The notes under the pieces were generated by a model, which saw only the letters and a list, made by a program, of their open reading frames with translations, ran no database searches and had not been told where the DNA came from. From IMG/VR virus record IMGVR_UViG_3300046779_001123, positions 9,972-73,971 of that record: 64,000 nt of DNA. One strand, given 5' to 3'. This document shows, in pieces, positions 44,334-53,411 of this stretch; position 1 is the stretch's first letter, and every line of letters begins with the position of its first letter. Source of the DNA: a virus. The position numbers and the translations under genes were made by a program.

Positions 44334-44849
44334 ATGACACAATGGGTAGATCAATTAAAAGAAGGACTTCCTGAGTATGCCAAGGACACCAAGTTAAACT
44401 TGGATGCTGTGATCAAACGCAGTAGCTTGGCTCCTGAGGAAGCAGAAGCAATCGCATTGGCTGCGGCCTTTGCAACAGGCAATGGTAAGCTAGTCACTTT
44501 TATCCAAAGTGGCTTAGCTGATGCAAAAGAGCGCGATGCTGCATTAACAGCTGGCTCGATCATGGCACAAAACAACACCTGGTATCCCTATGTTGAAATG
44601 GCCGATGACGAAAACTTAAAAGGTTTACCGGCACAATTACGCATGAACGCTATTGCCCAACACGGTGGAACTACCAAAGCTCGTTTCGAAGCATATAGCT
44701 TGGCGGCGAGCATTGTTGGCAAGTGCCATTTCTGTGTAAAAGCTCATTATGAAACCCTTAAGCAAGAAGGTTATACTGTTGAACAGTTGCGTGACATTGG
44801 TAGGATTGCCGCGGCAATCACCAGTGTTGCACGAGTGTTAAATAGTTAA
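44334..44849 (+). CDS. ahpD: AhpD-like carboxymuconolactone-decarboxylase-family peroxidase
   Basis: GKCHFCVKAH CxxC...H active-site-like motif. Confidence 0.6.
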   Translation: MTQWVDQLKEGLPEYAKDTKLNLDAVIKRSSLAPEEAEAIALAAAFATGNGKLVTFIQSGLADAKERDAALTAGSIMAQNNTWYPYVEMADDENLKGLPAQLRMNAIAQHGGTTKARFEAYSLAASIVGKCHFCVKAHYETLKQEGYTVEQLRDIGRIAAAITSVARVLNS

Positions 44850-45505
44850 TGCACCAACGTCCCAAGCTAGCCCTGTTTACTCGACATCCGCATTGTAGTC
44901 TACAATGTTGTAATGGAGTAATCGGGGCTTTGTCGCCTTACTATCAGTTCATGTTGTTTAATGAAGGACAATGCGAAGGCAACACATTAGATGGGGTAGA
45001 CATGGTTGTGTTCCCCGGCGGGGTAGGTGATTCAGAAAGCTATCATAGGTTCTTCCGTGATCGTAAGAAAGCTAAATTTATTACTGAGTATGTTCGCAAC
45101 GGTGGAAGATATTTAGGTATTTGCATGGGTGCATACTGGGCAGGCAGTGAGTATTTTAATATGCTTCAAAATGCAGATGCAGTTCAATACATTACACAAC
45201 CTAACACAGATACTCGACGTCCTCATCCCAAGGCTATAGATGTCTCTTGGTTAGGCAATCGAGAAAAAATGTATTTTTACGACGGGTGTGCTATCATCGG
45301 CGACCCTGCAGAATTTGAAACCATAGCAACTTACGCAAACGGCGATGCTATGGCCATAATACAAAACAGGGTAGGGTTAATTGGATGCCATCCCGAAAGC
45401 GAACCTTTTTGGTACGAGAATCATAGCTGGATGAAAGAGCGATATCACGGCGGAACACATCACCAATTACTACGAAATTTTGTTGACACACTGATGCAAA
45501 GATAA
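44849..45505 (+). CDS. Class I glutamine-amidotransferase-like (DJ-1/PfpI-like) protein
   Basis: VVFPGGVGDSES ... GRYLGICMGAY nucleophile-elbow-like Cys. Confidence 0.45.
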   Translation: MHQRPKLALFTRHPHCSLQCCNGVIGALSPYYQFMLFNEGQCEGNTLDGVDMVVFPGGVGDSESYHRFFRDRKKAKFITEYVRNGGRYLGICMGAYWAGSEYFNMLQNADAVQYITQPNTDTRRPHPKAIDVSWLGNREKMYFYDGCAIIGDPAEFETIATYANGDAMAIIQNRVGLIGCHPESEPFWYENHSWMKERYHGGTHHQLLRNFVDTLMQR

Positions 45506-45516
45506 TATAATACACT

Positions 45517-45813
45517 ATGAGCAACGATTTAGCAAAATACATCAACTCACGTCGACGTCACAAAACTGACGTAGCTATTGCCCGGCAAGTTAAAATTGCC
45601 AAATCACATGGCACTTACAACCAAGCAAATATTCGACAGCCGCATAGATTAGCAAAACATCATGCCATGGATTGCGGTAATCCAAATTGTTTCTTGTGCG
45701 GCAATCCTCGCAAGACACACAAGGACAAGCTAACAGCACAAGAAAAACGTTTGTTCCAAGACTTGGAAAGCAAACGTGACAGGCACTCAAATGGGGTAGA
45801 CACCGAAGAGTAA
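45517..45813 (+). CDS. Small basic zinc-ribbon protein
   Basis: CGNPNCFLCGNP; K/R-rich. Confidence 0.4.
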   Translation: MSNDLAKYINSRRRHKTDVAIARQVKIAKSHGTYNQANIRQPHRLAKHHAMDCGNPNCFLCGNPRKTHKDKLTAQEKRLFQDLESKRDRHSNGVDTEE

Positions 45814-45827
45814 TACTTTATTACTAC

Positions 45828-45856
45828 TTGACCAAAATCTCCTTGTGTGCTATAAT
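45828..45856 (+). promoter_or_regulatory. Conserved-family promoter (TTGACC-17-TGCTATAAT)
   Basis: TTGACCAAAATCTCCTTGTGTGCTATAAT. Confidence 0.55.
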
Positions 45857-45878
45857 AACGCATTAAAGGAGATTTTTT

Positions 45879-46367
45879 ATGTGGATTCAAAATGTAAGCA
45901 TGAGCGATATCAAGCAAGGGTTTCACATTGACCCAGGCTTTAACTCCATGCTGATTCAGATTGTGGATCCTGCATACGAGTTTCCTATACCCAAGTATGC
46001 ATTCCGCGAAACACATCGGTTTGAATTCTTGGATGCCGAGCGGGATGACAACTTTCCAGATGAGGCAAAGATTACAGATGCTCAGGCTCAAGAGCTGGTT
46101 CGACTGTTACAACATGCACAAGAGCAACGCATGAACGTCGTTGTTCATTGCCATGCAGGTGTGTGCCGTTCAGGTGCAGTTTGTGAAATTGGTGTGATGT
46201 TGGGATTTAAAGACACAGAGTCTTTCCGTAGTCCCAACTTGTTGGTCAAGCATCGCATGATGAAGGTTTTGGGTTGGACTTACGACGAAAACGAGCCGCA
46301 TACCATCAATGGTGAAACAACAGATTGGGGCTTTGTAATTCCTAAGTCTCGCGAGGGCGACGTCTAA
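45879..46367 (+). CDS. Cys-based protein tyrosine/dual-specificity phosphatase
   Basis: VVHCHAGVCRSG = HCx5R(S/T) P-loop; AAAGGAG RBS. Confidence 0.8.
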   Translation: MWIQNVSMSDIKQGFHIDPGFNSMLIQIVDPAYEFPIPKYAFRETHRFEFLDAERDDNFPDEAKITDAQAQELVRLLQHAQEQRMNVVVHCHAGVCRSGAVCEIGVMLGFKDTESFRSPNLLVKHRMMKVLGWTYDENEPHTINGETTDWGFVIPKSREGDV

Positions 46368-46396
46368 ATGTAATACAAAAGTACTACATATTTTGG

Positions 46397-46425
46397 TTGA
46401 CCAAAATTACCCATTTTGCTATAAT
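46397..46425 (+). promoter_or_regulatory. Conserved-family promoter
   Basis: TTGACCAAAATTACCCATTTTGCTATAATATACACATAG. Confidence 0.55.
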
Positions 46426-46451
46426 ATACACATAGCAAGAAAGGAGCCAGC

Positions 46452-46649
46452 ATGATGATAGTAGCAAAGATGAAAGACAAAATCGTGCAGATTGTCCGAG
46501 TCCAAGATACTGTCATGTTCTCTGAGGACAAAGGCTGGATTTTTATCTGTTTTGACTTTGACAAGATTAACAGACGTCGCGAACAATTCAAATGGATCAA
46601 AGCTAGTGAAGCTAAGTTTGAATGGGTTCGCGAATACATTGGAGAATAA
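46452..46649 (+). CDS. Hypothetical small protein
   Basis: AAAGGAGCC RBS. Confidence 0.4.
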   Translation: MMIVAKMKDKIVQIVRVQDTVMFSEDKGWIFICFDFDKINRRREQFKWIKASEAKFEWVREYIGE

Positions 46650-46651
46650 TA

Positions 46652-46855
46652 ATGAACGAACGAATTAAAGAACTTTGGGAAGAATCAACTGGTGCAACAA
46701 TTCCGGCGGAAGGATTTTATTCGTCGGCATCAACCTATAATATTGAAAAGTTCGCCGAGTTGATCGCCAAAGAAGTAATCAATGTTATGCTACATTATGC
46801 TGATGTTGATGAAGGTGCCCGTGTTGCTAAAAAACATTTCGGAGTTGAAGAATGA
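46652..46855 (+). CDS. Small protein, KFAELI-motif family (paralog A)
   Basis: MNERIKEL...EKFAELIAKEV; paralogs at 58195 and ~62408. Confidence 0.4.
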   Translation: MNERIKELWEESTGATIPAEGFYSSASTYNIEKFAELIAKEVINVMLHYADVDEGARVAKKHFGVEE

Positions 46856-47394
46856 AAAAGTGGATTACATCAGATTTGCATTTCGGGCACGCTAATATCA
46901 TGAAGTTCTGTCCTGTGACACGGGCAGGGTTCAAGGATGTAGAGGACATGCGTGAAAAGATGATTGCAGAGTGGAATGCAAGTGTTGCACCCCAAGACGA
47001 AACATTTATCTTGGGCGACTTTGCTTTCTTGCCAGCCAAGGATGCTGTTGCAATTTTGCGCCGTTTGAATGGCACTAAGATTTTGATTGAAGGCAATCAC
47101 GATCGTAAGTTGTTGAACGACCCGGCATTCCGTGGGGAATTTAAGGAAGTGCATCAGTATTTGCGTTATAATCATGATGGTCAAATTGTGATTATGTTGC
47201 ACTACCCTATTTGGGAGTGGGACCAAATGCACCGTGGTGCGGTTCACTTTTATGGTCATGTTCACGGCGCAAAGACTGGCATGGAAAAGTATCGTGCTCG
47301 TGACGTAGCGTTTGACGCCACAGGTCGTGTGGTTAGCAACATGGATGAAATGATTGCAGACGCATTGAAGGGTGAGATTCGAGCTCACCACTAA
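46852..47394 (+). CDS. Calcineurin-like metallophosphoesterase
   Basis: SDLHFGH, GDF, GNHD motifs. Confidence 0.75.
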   Translation: MKKWITSDLHFGHANIMKFCPVTRAGFKDVEDMREKMIAEWNASVAPQDETFILGDFAFLPAKDAVAILRRLNGTKILIEGNHDRKLLNDPAFRGEFKEVHQYLRYNHDGQIVIMLHYPIWEWDQMHRGAVHFYGHVHGAKTGMEKYRARDVAFDATGRVVSNMDEMIADALKGEIRAHH

Positions 47395-47403
47395 GGAGAA
47401 GAT

Positions 47404-47865
47404 ATGCCTAAGTGTTATCAATTGATTGGCGTGCCTTGTGCGGGCAAGTCCACTTGGATCGAGTCACAAGAGTGGGCTCGGGACTTGCCTGTTATTAGCA
47501 CCGACAATTTTGTCGAAGCGTATGCAAAGGAACAAGGCAAGACTTACAACGAAGTGTTCAAGGATTACATGCCCATTGCTGTTCGTTTGATGGCTAACCA
47601 AGCGTTGGTCTGTCAAGCAAATAACTTGGATGTGATTTGGGATCAAACTTCTGTTAGTATAAAGTCTCGAAAGAAGAAGTTCGACACTTTGCCAGGCTAC
47701 GAGCATATTGCTGTTGTGTTTAAGACCCCCGAGGCAGAAGTATTGGCCCAACGGTTGGCAAGTCGTCCAGGTAAGAATATCCCGGACAATGTTATGCGTA
47801 GCATGATTGATAGTTTTGAAATGCCAACTAAAGAAGAAGGCTTCAAGGAAATTTGGTATGTTTAA
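47404..47865 (+). CDS. pnk: Polynucleotide 5'-kinase (T4 Pnk kinase-domain-like P-loop kinase)
   Basis: LIGVPCAGKSTW ~ T4 Pnk TIGCPGSGKSTW; VMRSMIDSFEMP ~ VLRSMYKSMREY. Confidence 0.65.
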   Translation: MPKCYQLIGVPCAGKSTWIESQEWARDLPVISTDNFVEAYAKEQGKTYNEVFKDYMPIAVRLMANQALVCQANNLDVIWDQTSVSIKSRKKKFDTLPGYEHIAVVFKTPEAEVLAQRLASRPGKNIPDNVMRSMIDSFEMPTKEEGFKEIWYV

Positions 47866-48049
47866 GGACAAGAAACAGTTAAACAAAGCATACTACAACG
47901 GCATCCGCGAAGGCATTGAGCAATACGCTCACTGGAAGGACGGGGTGCAGTATGTAGGCACTTGCGGAACTACTCTTAAGAAAGCTCTTGAGAGAATCGA
48001 TTCCGAAGAAAAACGTGCAGAAGAATTGCTAAGGAAAGAAAATGTTTAA
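47857..48049 (+). CDS. Hypothetical small protein
   Basis: Trimmed from ORF 47807. Confidence 0.3.
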
Positions 48050-48947
48050 GGACGAGTTGAAAGAGTATGTGCAAACTTCTAACTTAGTTAACATGAAGGA
48101 AGCCGGCGACGGTATCTACGTGTTGAAGTATAAGAAGAAGGTGTTCTACGATGGTTTGTGGAACGAATACATTGCTGAATGTCGTGGCTCTATTGTAGAC
48201 AAGGATTTCAACCTAGTGTCGTATCCATTTACAAAGATCTACAACTATGGTATCGAAAAGGAAGCACCAGTGCTTGCTGACGACACTGAAGTCCTAGCAT
48301 ATCGTAAGGTCAATGGCTTTATGGTTGCTATGACATGGCATAACCATGATCTCCTTATATCCACTACAGGATCTACAGACAGCCCGTATGTTGAAATGGC
48401 TCGGGAAATGATGCTAACACATCAGTCCATGGCTGATTGGCTTATAGCATTTTGTGACGATGAACTGGAAGGTATGACTGTGATGTTTGAGTGTGTTCAT
48501 CCCAATGATCCACACATCGTTCCAGAAAAGCCAGGCATGTATGTGCTAGGTTATCGTGAAAACGAGTTTGGATCCAAGGTAGGACACGATCCATGCGTGT
48601 TGCAAGACTTAGCATTGTTGTTCAACTGCCACAAGCCAGAAAGCGTAACAACTTCCATGGCTGCATTAAAGAACTTAGCAAAGGAATGCAAGCACGAAGG
48701 TTTTGTATTTTATACCGAAGATGGTGTGAGTGCCAAAATCAAGTCGCCATACTACTTGACTTCAAAGTGGGTTGCTCGCAATCCACGCACAGACAAGTTA
48801 GTGGACTTGAAGAAGGACATCAAGCATCAGTTAGACGAAGAATACTATCCACTAGTGGATGCTATCCGTGCTAACATTGTGGAATACACAGCGTTAGATG
48901 AACAAGGCCGTTTGGCTTGGGTTCGTAACTACATGGAGGCAGTATGA
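48042..48947 (+). CDS. RNA ligase (nucleotidyltransferase superfamily)
   Basis: YRKVNGFMV motif I (KxNG); 301 aa directly downstream of pnk. Confidence 0.55.
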   Translation: MFKDELKEYVQTSNLVNMKEAGDGIYVLKYKKKVFYDGLWNEYIAECRGSIVDKDFNLVSYPFTKIYNYGIEKEAPVLADDTEVLAYRKVNGFMVAMTWHNHDLLISTTGSTDSPYVEMAREMMLTHQSMADWLIAFCDDELEGMTVMFECVHPNDPHIVPEKPGMYVLGYRENEFGSKVGHDPCVLQDLALLFNCHKPESVTTSMAALKNLAKECKHEGFVFYTEDGVSAKIKSPYYLTSKWVARNPRTDKLVDLKKDIKHQLDEEYYPLVDAIRANIVEYTALDEQGRLAWVRNYMEAV

Positions 48948-49153
48948 TTGATGAAAGTCATTTGCCTGTCTCCGAACAAAGTCTAGTCTTTCGTTTGCGT
49001 AAGCGGGCAGAGATTAGACGACAGATTCCGGGAAGACTGTCAGTACAAGAGGGTAAACCTGATCGTATTGCAGACTTACTAGAAGAAGCTGCTGACGAAA
49101 TTGAACGCCTTAACACAGACTTAGATGCCGCAGGCGGAAAAGGAATGTGTTAA
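48944..49153 (+). CDS. Hypothetical protein
   Basis: 69-aa ORF. Confidence 0.3.
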   Translation: MIDESHLPVSEQSLVFRLRKRAEIRRQIPGRLSVQEGKPDRIADLLEEAADEIERLNTDLDAAGGKGMC

Positions 49154-49315
49154 CTACACAATTAAGGTGGTGCGACCAACCTTGCTCACTGAATATCATA
49201 GCAAATCAGGGACGGGAGAAAGGAAGGCACGATGTGCCGAGCGGCAAGAGCCATATGCTTGCACCGGATTCGTAACCGGTAATTTTACCACATTCAATTA
49301 TATAGATATAAATAT

Positions 49316-50233
49316 TTGTCATTATCTATTATTTTCCATATTATGACATTAAATTTATTTCGCACTATTGCGACTTTTGTTTTATCTCTATCTGTATTTT
49401 CAAGTTATGCAGACACAGTGCCCTTGATCATACAAACCGGCCCCGGCGGACTGAATCACAAATACGCTCTAGAATTAGAACCAGTATTGACTAAAATTTT
49501 AGATGCGCCGGTTATCATTGAATTTAAGCCAGGTGGCCAAGGTATTGTCGGTGCAAGAGCATTAGCATCAAATAAAAACTCATCGATGTCACTTATGCTC
49601 GGGGCTGTCCAGCAAGACTTTGCAATAGATCAAACCAAGGATATTGTTCCGGTGTTAGATCTTGGCATTGCACCAACTGTTCTTATTGCAAAACCATCTT
49701 TGGGAATAAGTTCATTGTCACAACTGACCAAAACGTCCAGGAGTTACACTGTTGGAATTCCCAATGGCGCCGCACAACTTTATTGGGTTCGAGAGTTTGC
49801 TAAAAATTATAAAAATTTAAATTTGATCGAAGTTCCATACAAGTCAGGCGCGGCAGTGATAACCGATGTTATAGGAGGTCATGTTGATATCGGCATAGCA
49901 AGTGCCATTGGTGCAGCACCGCTGATTCAAGAAAATAAAGTAATTGTATTAGCTACATTATCTACCAAAAGATCTACTTTGATCCCAATAGTGCCTACTG
50001 CAAAAGAGCAAGGAATAGTCTACAAAAAAGACACAGTAGGGTTCAGCCATATGTATATTTGGGCCAACCCAGGAGCTTCTGTAGAATCGATACAAAAATT
50101 AAAATCTAGTTTTTACCAATGGGCAAACACTAGAGAAGCAATTGATTTATTTCAACGAATAGATCTAGGAGTAGACATTCAAGTAGTTGCAAAACCAGAA
50201 CTGTCTCTTCAAACATACATACAAGAAAAATAA
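49316..50233 (+). CDS. TctC/Bug-family periplasmic substrate-binding protein
   Basis: Signal peptide; family-like layout (VPYKSGAAVITDVIGGHVDIGIAS); AT-rich. Confidence 0.5.
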   Translation: MSLSIIFHIMTLNLFRTIATFVLSLSVFSSYADTVPLIIQTGPGGLNHKYALELEPVLTKILDAPVIIEFKPGGQGIVGARALASNKNSSMSLMLGAVQQDFAIDQTKDIVPVLDLGIAPTVLIAKPSLGISSLSQLTKTSRSYTVGIPNGAAQLYWVREFAKNYKNLNLIEVPYKSGAAVITDVIGGHVDIGIASAIGAAPLIQENKVIVLATLSTKRSTLIPIVPTAKEQGIVYKKDTVGFSHMYIWANPGASVESIQKLKSSFYQWANTREAIDLFQRIDLGVDIQVVAKPELSLQTYIQEK

Positions 50234-50242
50234 CAGTCAAAT

Positions 50243-51457
50243 ATGTCAATAGATGACAACTATGGGTATTACGGATACTATCAAGTAAATGACAAAATTT
50301 ATGTTAGTAAACATCATGCACTGGTAGCTGCCAACTTTGATTATTGGAAAATAAAATTTATATGGCACGACGATAAATTTTCTAGCTTTGATTGGACACG
50401 TGAACCAGAACCTCAGGTCAGTATCAAAGAATTCTACAAACGAAGAGCTATCCAATTAAGAGAAAAATATGATTATCTAATTTTAATGTTCAGTGGTGGG
50501 CCAGATTCCACTAACATGTTAAATGCGTTTATCGACAACGGTATTCATATAGATGAAATAGTAAATGTAAATAGCTTCGACCGAACTCAAATAGTAAATC
50601 AGACTATTCACAATGCAGACTATGTTTACAATGTCAAGCCTTATCTTGATAACTTGATTAAAGAGTCTAATTTTCAAACTAAAATTACCATAGTTGATGA
50701 AATTGAATTAGTTAAGCAGCACTGGAAACACCACGAAAAAATAGACCATTGGGAACCATTGTTTGGTGCTATCCCTGCACCTAGCATGATCATGACTAAA
50801 ATTATATGGATTAAGTATGTCCCACACCTATGGAAAATGGTCAAGGATGGGGTTAACCTAGGAATAATTATCGGGCATGCAAAAGCATCGTTGGAGGTTA
50901 AAAATAACAAATATACCACTTCGTTTACTGATATGCTAGGTCCAGATACTACTACGTATTGCAACGAAGAGCCGGAATTAAAAGGTCGTAATCTAATGGA
51001 CTTTTTTTACTCAAGCCCGAATGCAGTTGAGCTATCGATTAAACAAGCACATGTCTTAAAAAACTACATGGAATCTCATCGCACTTTGAATTTTTTTACC
51101 GACCCAAAGTTAGTAGATGACGCATACAAAAAAGGACAAAGAAGAGCAGTAACATGTGAAAGCAAATATGCGCCAGGACATCATCTTCGTTATGATTTAT
51201 TCCATCAAATTTTATATCCCGGACTAAAACAAAATTTCATAACTCCCAAAACATCATTGCTAACAACACGACCCGAGGATAACTGGTGGTTTCATAATTT
51301 TGATTACAACGACAAAAAAATATTCTTACACGGCATAGCCAAAGTCAAAAATTACATTCAATGGTCTGGCATGTCAAATATAGGATGGGACGGCAAAAGT
51401 GGGCAGTCTATAGAACATATTCCTTTAAGACAAGGAAAACTTTATTATCTAGAATAA
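50243..51457 (+). CDS. PP-loop ATP pyrophosphatase superfamily protein (paralog 2)
   Basis: YDYLILMFSGGPDSTNML; collinear with 26803 (LRxxYDYLxLxxSGGxDS...NIHIDEI). Confidence 0.5.
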   Translation: MSIDDNYGYYGYYQVNDKIYVSKHHALVAANFDYWKIKFIWHDDKFSSFDWTREPEPQVSIKEFYKRRAIQLREKYDYLILMFSGGPDSTNMLNAFIDNGIHIDEIVNVNSFDRTQIVNQTIHNADYVYNVKPYLDNLIKESNFQTKITIVDEIELVKQHWKHHEKIDHWEPLFGAIPAPSMIMTKIIWIKYVPHLWKMVKDGVNLGIIIGHAKASLEVKNNKYTTSFTDMLGPDTTTYCNEEPELKGRNLMDFFYSSPNAVELSIKQAHVLKNYMESHRTLNFFTDPKLVDDAYKKGQRRAVTCESKYAPGHHLRYDLFHQILYPGLKQNFITPKTSLLTTRPEDNWWFHNFDYNDKKIFLHGIAKVKNYIQWSGMSNIGWDGKSGQSIEHIPLRQGKLYYLE

Positions 51458-51460
51458 AAT

Positions 51461-51868
51461 ATGAATTTTATATTTAAAGCAAACACAAATTTTTTTGTTT
51501 ACACATCAGTGTTTAAAGACGAATATCAAAAAATGTCTGACGAAATTTCCAAATTGATTGCAAGCAGAAACAACTGGCAACAAGATGAAAAAAGTTATGT
51601 CGAAACTGTAGACGATCAACAGTTCTGGGTAGTTTCAAGAAAACATCCTGACTTAGATTTTTTTAGAAAAGTTATGATTGTTGTTGCACATAATCACACA
51701 GACGATATGCTCAAATACTTGTCGCAACATTCTATCATTAGGTATTTGTCATTAGAAGATGATTCTAACAAAGTAATCATTCCACAAACTCGGATACCAA
51801 ACGTCCGGGGTCATGATTACATGTTATGGATTGATAGCCTGTTAGCTAACCAACAAGTTTGTTCTTAG
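51461..51868 (+). CDS. Hypothetical protein (AT-rich)
   Basis: 135-aa ORF. Confidence 0.35.
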   Translation: MNFIFKANTNFFVYTSVFKDEYQKMSDEISKLIASRNNWQQDEKSYVETVDDQQFWVVSRKHPDLDFFRKVMIVVAHNHTDDMLKYLSQHSIIRYLSLEDDSNKVIIPQTRIPNVRGHDYMLWIDSLLANQQVCS

Positions 51869-53042
51869 CAATTTCAAAATCCAAATAACTGCAATCAATT
51901 ATTCGATCTGCAGAACATGTTAGGTTCCATTGTTGTATTACATTTGAAAAGTTATCAACTAACTCGTCGACAATAATTTTTTTAAACTGAGAATAAAAAT
52001 GTGTTTTATTATGCAACAATACCTCTTGCATTTCTTGTTGCATTTTTTTCAAACTAGGCATTGATAACGAAGAAATGTATTTTATTTGTTCTACTACCAT
52101 TTCCATTCGTTTGTTGTTATCAGTTTCTGCATCATAACTTTCGTCTATCCATTTGTCAAATGTTTGAAATCCATAGGATTTCAAATATGCAAGATTGCCA
52201 GGAGCACCCACTAATATAAATGGACGTTTACTAACAATTGGTTTAAAAATTTTTTCTGTAAGGTGTAATTTATTGTAATAGAACACTGTTTCTGTTACTA
52301 TGTGCCATAGAGCACTTTGATTTAGTGTCATTTCGTTTGCGCCTGCGTGTGCGCTAGCAGTAGAGCAAATATTGCTTGTGTCAACTAGTAACGGCCCTGT
52401 GAGAGTTGTTAGATGATTCTGAATTAAATTTTTTTGTTGAAGATTTAGTTTACTATATGGATTTTCTAACTCAGCTTGCCAAGCACCTTCTTGATGATGT
52501 CCTGTATGCAGACTCACATGCCCGTGATCAACCAGATCATGCTCAAAGAGCATTGCTACCAGCAATAATCGATAACTCCTATCACCTGTTAAAATTCTGT
52601 TAAGGCATATAAATTTTTTATCAAACTCTGCATCAAGATCAACATATTGATAATCTCTATACCAGTCCAGGGCGGCAAATCCGTGATAAAAATAATACCA
52701 GTTTACTAGATTATTTTCTTGACATAAAGTTTGTTTAAAATCAGATTGTTCACTATTGGCCAAAATTTTCATTCCGTATGATGTATCTAACACCATCTCG
52801 GGCCTTGACGCAAATCGTTCTTTCCATACTATTGATTCGTTGAGTGGCTCTTGGTCATAAAATACCAAAGCAGCTTTTGGTATGTGGAGAAAATTTATTT
52901 TGTTAGAAGCGTTTGGCAAATTCAGTGGTATTAAATCTGCGGGGTCTGTAGATCCAAATGTTCTAAAATAAAACGACAAAATATCTTCGGAATCTAATAG
53001 ATTTGATTTTAAAATAAAGTAAAAATTTTCAACTGAAAACAT
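51846..53042 (-). CDS. Hypothetical protein (398 aa, minus strand, AT-rich; possible glycosyltransferase-like)
   Basis: Long minus-strand ORF in an AT-rich island. Confidence 0.45.
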   Translation of the reverse strand: MFSVENFYFILKSNLLDSEDILSFYFRTFGSTDPADLIPLNLPNASNKINFLHIPKAALVFYDQEPLNESIVWKERFASRPEMVLDTSYGMKILANSEQSDFKQTLCQENNLVNWYYFYHGFAALDWYRDYQYVDLDAEFDKKFICLNRILTGDRSYRLLLVAMLFEHDLVDHGHVSLHTGHHQEGAWQAELENPYSKLNLQQKNLIQNHLTTLTGPLLVDTSNICSTASAHAGANEMTLNQSALWHIVTETVFYYNKLHLTEKIFKPIVSKRPFILVGAPGNLAYLKSYGFQTFDKWIDESYDAETDNNKRMEMVVEQIKYISSLSMPSLKKMQQEMQEVLLHNKTHFYSQFKKIIVDELVDNFSNVIQQWNLTCSADRIIDCSYLDFEIAKNKLVG

Positions 53043-53114
53043 AGGTAGTATTTACAATACATTTTGTAACCCAAAGTATTACTTTTTAAACCTTACAGTT
53101 TGTAGGGTTTCTTT

Positions 53115-53143
53115 TTGACTGTAAAATCAACTTTTGCTACAAT
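53115..53143 (+). promoter_or_regulatory. Conserved-family promoter (TTGACT-17-TGCTACAAT)
   Basis: TTGACTGTAAAATCAACTTTTGCTACAAT. Confidence 0.5.
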
Positions 53144-53173
53144 AGAAGCACTTAGACAGCAAAGGAACTGTAA

Positions 53174-53338
53174 ATGAGCAAAATGAGTGAGTTGTCGATT
53201 TTAATCCAAGAACGTCTCGAGCGTGGCGAAGAACCAGTTGATATCGCTTATGCACTTGACATTCCAATCTCTTGGATCTTTGAAGAGCAAGAACAGTTGC
53301 AAGAAAACAACAGTCCCTTTGCAACAATCAACAGTTAA
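53174..53338 (+). CDS. Small acidic protein (54 aa)
   Basis: AAAGGAACTG RBS. Confidence 0.3.
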   Translation: MSKMSELSILIQERLERGEEPVDIAYALDIPISWIFEEQEQLQENNSPFATINS

Positions 53339-53342
53339 GAGT

Positions 53343-53370
53343 TGACCGATAAATCAACTTTTGCTACAAT
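53343..53370 (+). promoter_or_regulatory. Conserved-family promoter (TTGACC-16-TGCTACAAT)
   Basis: TTGACCGATAAATCAACTTTTGCTACAAT. Confidence 0.5.
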
Positions 53371-53411
53371 AGAGTTTCAGTAGTTAATTTTTAAACAGAA
53401 AGGCCTAGTCC

